From contig NC_009776.1 of the NCBI RefSeq assembly GCF_000017945.1, positions 30,001-62,000 on the forward strand: a stretch of DNA of 32,000 bases. Direction: 5' to 3'. The stretch is from Ignicoccus hospitalis KIN4/I (GTDB taxonomy: Archaea > Thermoproteota > Thermoprotei_A > Sulfolobales > Ignicoccaceae). Positions 26,585 through 32,000 of the stretch are shown in pieces. The position numbers were made by a program, and so were the translations under genes. Positions within the stretch are counted from its first letter, which is position 1. Each line of letters opens with the position of its first letter. A model generated the notes under the pieces. That model did not search any database. It had not been told where the DNA came from and was given only the letters and a program-made list of their open reading frames with translations.

Positions 26585-27256
26585 TTGAGAATTCTGGTGG
26601 TCAGTGACGTTCACTGTGAGGAAAAGGACAACGTGAGGAAGTACCTCGAGGCCTACAACAAGAGCTCCCCAGACGTAGTCTTGGGCGCCGGAGACTGGGG
26701 GGACTGTGAGGACTACAGCTTCCTTGAAGGACAAGAGGTAATCACAGTCTACGGGAACCACGATAAGGTCTACGAATTAAAGAAATATGCGAAAGTCTTG
26801 GACGGCGACGTGGTAGAGCTGGGCGGCCTCAAGATCGGTGGCGTCAGCGGGATAGTCAGCCCCAAGGGCACCCCTTCGAAGTCTAATACCCCTAGGAAGA
26901 GGCCAGAAGAGTTCGTCAAAGTAGCGGAGAGGATAAAGGGAGTCGACCTAATGGTGATGCACGAAGCGCCTTACATGCCTATGGTCTTCGGAAAGATGTG
27001 GAGGTCTGTGGGCCCCCTAACCGCCCTCACGGCGGTCCAAGAGGTCAAACCTAAGGTACTCGTAGTGGGTCACCTACACAAGGCTCCGTCCCTACACGCT
27101 AAGGTAGATCGATGCCACGTCTTCCACGTGGATACGAGCAGCGGAGGCTACGTAATACTTGACACTGACACTATGGTAGCTGAGGGCTTTGTCAACAATA
27201 TAAGGACGTTCAAAGTGAAGATGGAGGAACTCTTGAAACAAGACGCCATCATTTAA
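26585..27256 (+). CDS. metallophosphoesterase (YfcE/MJ0936-like phosphodiesterase)
   Basis: ILVVSDVHCE, VVLGAGDWGD, VYGNHDKV, LMVMHEAP, LVVGHLHKAP. TTG start. Confidence 0.9.
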   Translation: MRILVVSDVHCEEKDNVRKYLEAYNKSSPDVVLGAGDWGDCEDYSFLEGQEVITVYGNHDKVYELKKYAKVLDGDVVELGGLKIGGVSGIVSPKGTPSKSNTPRKRPEEFVKVAERIKGVDLMVMHEAPYMPMVFGKMWRSVGPLTALTAVQEVKPKVLVVGHLHKAPSLHAKVDRCHVFHVDTSSGGYVILDTDTMVAEGFVNNIRTFKVKMEELLKQDAII

Positions 27257-27313
27257 AAATCGGGCCGTTAAAGAGTATGTGGAACAGAATCGATTTGGTA
27301 TGAGGGAGGGATT

Positions 27314-28639
27314 ATGGTAAAATATATCATCAAAGCCCTCGTAGAGGTTGACGGTCCCGTTGACGAGCACGACATCATAGGTGCCATATTCGGGCAGACC
27401 GAAGGCCTCCTGGACGATTTCGACTTAAGGGAGTTGCAAGAGAAGGGCCGTATCGGCCGTATACTCGTTAAGCTGCAGAGGAGGGGGAACAAGGCGGTAG
27501 GCGAGATTTACGTGCCCTCCAACTTGGACCGGGTGGAGACGGCCCTCGTCGCAGCGATGCTGGAGTCAGTCGACAAGGTCGGGCCCTATCCTGCCCGCAT
27601 AAGCGTGGTTGAGATAATAGACGTGCGCGCCGAGAAGATAAAGAAGATAATAGAGAGGGCTAAAGAAATATTGAAGAAGTGGAGTCAAGAGAAGAGTGTC
27701 GACATAAGGGAAATATTGAAAGAGATAAGCGAGACCACGAAAAAGTCCCAACTGATAGAGTACGGCCCCGAGAAACTCCCGGCCGGCCCGGGCGTGGAGC
27801 GCTCGGACACGATAATCATAGTCGAGGGGAGGGCGGACGTGTTGAACTTGTTGAGGTACGGCTACGATAACGTGATCGCCTTGGGAGGGGCAACCACTAA
27901 GGTGCCCGAAACGATAAAGAAATTAGCTAAGGAGAAGATAGCGATAGCCTTCGTGGACGGCGACAGAGGGGGGTTGATGGTACTGAAGAACTTGCTCTCC
28001 CAAGCAGACATAGACTACGTGGCCAGAGCGCCCCCGGGCAAGGAAGTGGAGGACTTGACCGCTAGAGAGATCGCCAAGTCGCTTAGCAACTTAATACCGG
28101 CAAGCAAGATGAAAGAGGAGTTATTGAAGGTAGAGAAGTTACAGAAGGAGGAGGTCAAGGAGGTAGCAGAGAAAGCAGAAAAGGTTGAGGCCGAAGAGGT
28201 CGTGAAGAAAGAGGAAGTAGCCGAAAGGGGTGAGGAGATGGAGAGTAAGGCCGAGGGCGCCGAACAGCCTACGGCGACGGCGCTCGAGAAGGCGGCCGCT
28301 AAGGAAGAAGTAAAGCAAGAGGTCAAGACCGAGGAAGAGAAGGTCAAGGAATACGTAATGTTCATCCCCGACAGCGTGTTCGAGAAGGCTAAAGAAATCA
28401 CGGGGACCTTGAGGTCCGTCCTCTACGACTCCCAGTGGAACATCGTCGCCGAGGTGCCCGCGAAGGACGTGGTCAGCGCCATAGAGGAGAAGGGCGCGTA
28501 CGCCGTGCTTCACGACGGAGTCATAACTCAGAGGATGTTGGACGTGATGAGCTTGAAGGGAGGCCGATTGATACTGGGGAGGAGGGTAGCTAGGGTCAGC
28601 AAGAGGCCTAAGGGCGTGTTCGTAGTCCTCTTGAGTTAA
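27314..28639 (+). CDS. dnaG: archaeal DnaG-like primase (TOPRIM)
   Basis: KYIIKALVEVDGPVDEHDIIGAIFGQTEGLL, TIIVEGRADVLNLLRYGYDNVIALGG, FVDGDRGG. Confidence 0.95.
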   Translation: MVKYIIKALVEVDGPVDEHDIIGAIFGQTEGLLDDFDLRELQEKGRIGRILVKLQRRGNKAVGEIYVPSNLDRVETALVAAMLESVDKVGPYPARISVVEIIDVRAEKIKKIIERAKEILKKWSQEKSVDIREILKEISETTKKSQLIEYGPEKLPAGPGVERSDTIIIVEGRADVLNLLRYGYDNVIALGGATTKVPETIKKLAKEKIAIAFVDGDRGGLMVLKNLLSQADIDYVARAPPGKEVEDLTAREIAKSLSNLIPASKMKEELLKVEKLQKEEVKEVAEKAEKVEAEEVVKKEEVAERGEEMESKAEGAEQPTATALEKAAAKEEVKQEVKTEEEKVKEYVMFIPDSVFEKAKEITGTLRSVLYDSQWNIVAEVPAKDVVSAIEEKGAYAVLHDGVITQRMLDVMSLKGGRLILGRRVARVSKRPKGVFVVLLS

Positions 28640-28649
28640 TCTCTCCTTA

Positions 28650-31010
28650 TTACTTGTTTATGAACTTCCAAAGGCCGTCTTTCCTCCCCTTGAGCCTAGC
28701 CTCAGTGATCCCGAAGTATCCCAATATCCTCATGGCTGCCGGTATGACTTGATGGTCTATGTAATAGTTGTAGTCGATCATTTCTTTCTGGACCAAGAAC
28801 CAAGGCCACGCCCTGCTCGACAGCTTCCCTACGCCCTTCACTATCACGTAGCCTACCTTGTCCCCTTTCTTTACTTCGTACCCTCTTTCTATGGCCCTCT
28901 TCGCAGCCGCTACGTGCGGCGGCTCAGACTTATACTCGTCTAAGGATTTCTCTAACGTCTTCCAAATGACTAACTTCTCTATAGGTACCTCGCCTCTCCT
29001 GAGTTTTTCTATTATTGAATTGACGTACTCCACCGCCTTATTCACGTCACCTTCTTTAAGAACTATTTCAATAATTTTTTCTTGGACCTCCTTGGCGACC
29101 TCCGCCCAGTCGCCTCTGACGGCCTCGAACCCTACTACGTCTATCCGGCCGTCCTCTAAGATGCCGGCGTACCTCTTTTTCGCTTCCGTGAAGAAGAGCT
29201 TTTTGTATATTTTATCTATCTTTATTTCAAAGCCCAGCTCTTTTTCTATTCTTTCGATTAACTTCTCTACTTTTTCTTTATCATATATTACGAACAAGCT
29301 GTCCGTGTCCCCGTAAATTACCTTAAGTCCGAGTTCCCGGGCCATTTGGATCGCCTTCAAGATCAACTCTCTCCCCCACGACGTTACTGCCTCTGCGCAC
29401 TCCCTACAGTACCACCGGGCGTGGGGCCACCCCATGTAGCCGTAGTGAGCGTTGGCGAGCACCTTCACTGCCTTTTGCCTATTGTCTAATAGCTTGTACA
29501 AGGGGTCTTCGGGGCTTAACGACTTCATTCTTTCCTTAATTTCCTTCCTTAAGTTTAGCAAGGTTACTAATGACCTTTTGAAGAACGCGTCGGGCCTCTT
29601 TTTGAACATGTAACCGGCCGGCGAGACGTATACCTCGTCGGGCGACACCTTCTCGCCGGGCCTCACTAAGGTGTCAGGGCCGACGTTGTACTTTATCATT
29701 ATGTTTGGATACATCGACGAGAAGTCCAAAACGGCGACGTTCTCGTGTACCCCTTTTAGCGGGCGCAGCACTATGGCCCCCTTGTAACTGGCCACCTTCC
29801 TCTCTACCCTATTCGGCACGAGCTCGTTAGTGACGAAGGCAACTCTCATCAAGTACCACTCAACCCTATAGCCGACGGACGCCGCCATGACTTGGTCTAA
29901 CGGAAGGCCGGTTAGGTAGCTCAGCTGTTCTCCGAAAGGAATGAAGAGCTCGGCCAGCATCAGCGTGCTGAGGGCGTCAGCTTCGTTGTACTTCCTCAAG
30001 ACGTCCCTCTTTTGAGGGTCCTCCCAGTACTGGTATATTAGGTGGTGAGGGATCAACGGCCTTTCGTCCTTTTTCATGACGTTGAAGTAATCTGCGACGT
30101 TCTCCAAGGTCTTCACCTTAACTTCGTACACCTCTTTAGCAAAGTCGTAGACGTCCACGTTAAGGCGCCCCGGAACGGAGACGTGGCCGTAGGCGCCGGT
30201 AGTGGGGATTACGCCGACCTTCCGTCCCACGTCTAGGCGTACGCCGACGACCTTGCTCCTCTCTATCAAGTACGGCCAGTCGAAGCTGTTGCTGTTGTAC
30301 CCAACGACGACGTCTGGGTCTCGTTCGAGCATCTCCTTTTTGAACCAAACGATCAAGTCCTTATCGTTCTTATCTTGGGAGAGCTTAGAGACTACGGAGC
30401 CTTCGGAGGCCAATGCAATAGAAATTATTGGGTCCCTCTCCGGTCGGGGGGTTCCCGACTTGTTATATACCTCTATGTCGAAGGCTAAGGTCTTCAACTT
30501 CGGTTTGACATCTATGTTCAGTGCCTCGGGTCCGTTCAAGACCTCGTAGACCGTTTCTACTCGGTAGCTCTTCTCGGGGCCAAGCTCTTTTACCTCGAAC
30601 TCCGCCCAGCCACAAGGCCTTAAGCCGGTATCTATTATGTACCTCATCGAAAACCTTATGTCTGCCTCCAGTACGTCTGCGACTTCCTCCAACCTCTTGA
30701 CCTCTTCTCTGTACTCTCTAACGCTCTCGGGGATTACGGTAGTCACTTTAATTACAGTCTTTTCCCTACCAATGAGCTTTTTCTTAAGTACCTCGAGGGA
30801 AATTATGGGAGACTTGGGCTTACTCAAGAGGGATAATTTCCTCTTAAGCCTTTCCAAGTCTGCGTTCTCTTTTAGGAGCACATAAAAGTAGGGTCTAAAC
30901 CTCTTGTCTTTGAGTAGGACTCTCCTTTCGTTCTCGTCGAGCGCCCAAATTAGTATTACTGGTTTGTTGCCTTCCAGTTCGTAGCTCACGTCGAGTACGT
31001 AGAACTTCAA
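28650..31010 (-). CDS. B-family DNA polymerase (probably PolB3 type)
   Basis: Exo I TLAFDIEVYN, DVVVGYNSNSFDWPYL, LDFSSMYPNIMIKYNVGPDT, KVLANAHYGYMGWPHARWYC, VIYGDTDSLF. 786 aa. Confidence 0.93.
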   Translation of the reverse strand: MKFYVLDVSYELEGNKPVILIWALDENERRVLLKDKRFRPYFYVLLKENADLERLKRKLSLLSKPKSPIISLEVLKKKLIGREKTVIKVTTVIPESVREYREEVKRLEEVADVLEADIRFSMRYIIDTGLRPCGWAEFEVKELGPEKSYRVETVYEVLNGPEALNIDVKPKLKTLAFDIEVYNKSGTPRPERDPIISIALASEGSVVSKLSQDKNDKDLIVWFKKEMLERDPDVVVGYNSNSFDWPYLIERSKVVGVRLDVGRKVGVIPTTGAYGHVSVPGRLNVDVYDFAKEVYEVKVKTLENVADYFNVMKKDERPLIPHHLIYQYWEDPQKRDVLRKYNEADALSTLMLAELFIPFGEQLSYLTGLPLDQVMAASVGYRVEWYLMRVAFVTNELVPNRVERKVASYKGAIVLRPLKGVHENVAVLDFSSMYPNIMIKYNVGPDTLVRPGEKVSPDEVYVSPAGYMFKKRPDAFFKRSLVTLLNLRKEIKERMKSLSPEDPLYKLLDNRQKAVKVLANAHYGYMGWPHARWYCRECAEAVTSWGRELILKAIQMARELGLKVIYGDTDSLFVIYDKEKVEKLIERIEKELGFEIKIDKIYKKLFFTEAKKRYAGILEDGRIDVVGFEAVRGDWAEVAKEVQEKIIEIVLKEGDVNKAVEYVNSIIEKLRRGEVPIEKLVIWKTLEKSLDEYKSEPPHVAAAKRAIERGYEVKKGDKVGYVIVKGVGKLSSRAWPWFLVQKEMIDYNYYIDHQVIPAAMRILGYFGITEARLKGRKDGLWKFINK

Positions 31011-31049
31011 AGTCCTTCCTACCGTTCGCCTTCAACGCCTTCGAGAAAT

Positions 31050-31421
31050 TTAGGTGGTGCTGGAGTTGGCGGCGGGCGGGAAGGGCGGCCACGAGGATAT
31101 CGGCACGCTCACTTGGCTCGGCGTGCTTACTGTTATGCTGAGGGGCAGCTGGGGCAAGCTGACGCTGGGGGGCGAGGGGAGGCTGGTTGGAACAAAGCCG
31201 TTGCTTATGGTAGCGTTCAAGTAAGTCCTCAGCATCTTTAGGTATTCTATATAAAGTTGTAAGTACAAACTCGTGACTTTGTCGTACTCGCTTATTATTG
31301 CATGTGTTGCCTCCCTGTAGGCGGAGATCATTGATTGGTAGATGAGGAAGTACGCTGCCACGTTAAGTACTATTACGGCCAGCACTATGCCGACGTATAA
31401 TAAGGTCAGATCTATACTCAA
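31050..31421 (-). CDS. hypothetical N-terminally membrane-anchored protein with Pro/Ser/Thr-rich tail
   Basis: YVGIVLAVIVLNVAAYFLIYQ TM segment, helical linker, then TSLPSPPSVSLPQLPLSITVSTPSQVSVPISSWPPFPPAANSSTT. Confidence 0.55.
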   Translation of the reverse strand: MSIDLTLLYVGIVLAVIVLNVAAYFLIYQSMISAYREATHAIISEYDKVTSLYLQLYIEYLKMLRTYLNATISNGFVPTSLPSPPSVSLPQLPLSITVSTPSQVSVPISSWPPFPPAANSSTT

Positions 31422-31481
31422 AGCGTACTACCCGCGTGCCCGTGAAAACTCTATCTCAAAGAAGTTTTCCCGGGTCTCAGG

Positions 31482-32000
31482 TTGGCGATTCACGCGCGCG
31501 CGATCCGTCTAGGCATTCCGGTGTTCGACGACAGGGTCGGCAACGTCAGCCTAGGCAGCCTCGAGGTTCTCGTGGGAGATAAGGACTCTTACGTGCATTT
31601 GTTTAACTACCTAATAGCCAAGGCGTGGGTTGACAGAGGGGAGAGGGTCGCGTTCGTTATTGACAAGGGCTTCGTGAACGTCCACAGGGTGGTGGCGGAG
31701 AGCTTCGGGATAGACGCGATGGGTCTCGAGGAGTCGAACATGTGGAAGTACGAGGAAGTGGACAACAGCGACGATGCGATGACAAAGGCAATAGAACTCT
31801 TCGCCAACTTCGCGCTCGTGTTGGTGGACGCCACCTCTTGGTTCGACCCGGACCTAACTCTGCTCCACAGGACGATCTCAACCCTCATCAATAGCAACTC
31901 GATAATGGTAATAACTTTGATAGATGAGAGGGTGAAGCCCGAGGCCTTGGGCATCCTCGAGGCTAACGCAGAGTACGTAGTGAGGTTCGAGACTTACTGG
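31482..32000 (+). CDS. partial ORF running off the window; RecA/KaiC-like protein without a clear P-loop (tentative)
   Basis: Manual translation from TTG: MAIHARAIRLGIPVFDDRVGNVSLGSLEVLVGDKDSYVHLFNYLIAKAWVDRGERVAFVIDKGF...NFALVLVDATSW. Strand alternation looks RecA-like. Missed by the ORF track because it is open at the edge. Confidence 0.5.
   Translation, partial: MAIHARAIRLGIPVFDDRVGNVSLGSLEVLVGDKDSYVHLFNYLIAKAWVDRGERVAFVIDKGFVNVHRVVAESFGIDAMGLEESNMWKYEEVDNSDDAMTKAIELFANFALVLVDATSWFDPDLTLLHRTISTLINSNSIMVITLIDERVKPEALGILEANAEYVVRFETYW

Noticed and set aside
28200-28330. Internal repeat array in the GAA/GAG-rich part of dnaG
   Set aside because: The purine-rich stretch is explained by Glu/Lys codons; no regular unit length is present at the DNA level.
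1-32000. CRISPR array, transposon, integrase, toxin-antitoxin pair or defence island
   Set aside because: I saw no regularly spaced repeats, terminal inverted repeats, or transposase/integrase/Cas motifs. The PIN-domain gene has no small antitoxin-like partner and resembles housekeeping PIN proteins.

Overview
This window looks like dense, gene-rich chromosome from a hyperthermophilic crenarchaeote. The lineage is inferred, not searched: Desulfurococcales/Ignicoccus-like, from a Cren7-like chromatin protein, an archaeal PyrB/PyrI pair, ABCE1, XPD, DnaG and archaeal PolB, TATA-box promoters, GTG/TTG starts and an intron-containing tRNA. It carries two RNA genes that the ORF track does not show: a 5S rRNA on the minus strand (~99-226) and a tRNA-Cys(GCA) with a probable 27-nt intron (26438-26542). 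It also carries about 30 protein genes: NrdD, ABCE1, AhcY, a PfkB kinase, PyrB/PyrI/PyrK, a large multi-TM glycosyltransferase-like protein, a PIN nuclease-like protein, a CcmC-type cytochrome c assembly protein, a COG1665-type nucleotidyltransferase, a CitG-like protein, a PUA/SAM methyltransferase, a CDP-alcohol phosphotransferase, an XPD-like helicase, MscS, a LysX/RimK-like ATP-grasp enzyme, FKBP/SlyD, a metallophosphoesterase, DnaG and a B-family DNA polymerase. I see no CRISPR array, transposon, integrase or prophage module. I do not claim a proven novel system. The best leads are (1) an overlapping four-gene unit joining a Cys-rich protein, a nucleotidyltransferase, a CitG/triphosphoribosyl-dephospho-CoA-synthase-like protein and a PUA-methyltransferase; (2) a structured unannotated intergenic segment behind a tRNA-like TATA element (~10409-10500); (3) a Cren7-like protein with an added zinc-binding Cys/His set; (4) an AT-rich element that could drive 5S rRNA and a membrane/ASCH operon divergently; and (5) a CcmC protein with a beta-rich extracytoplasmic insert.
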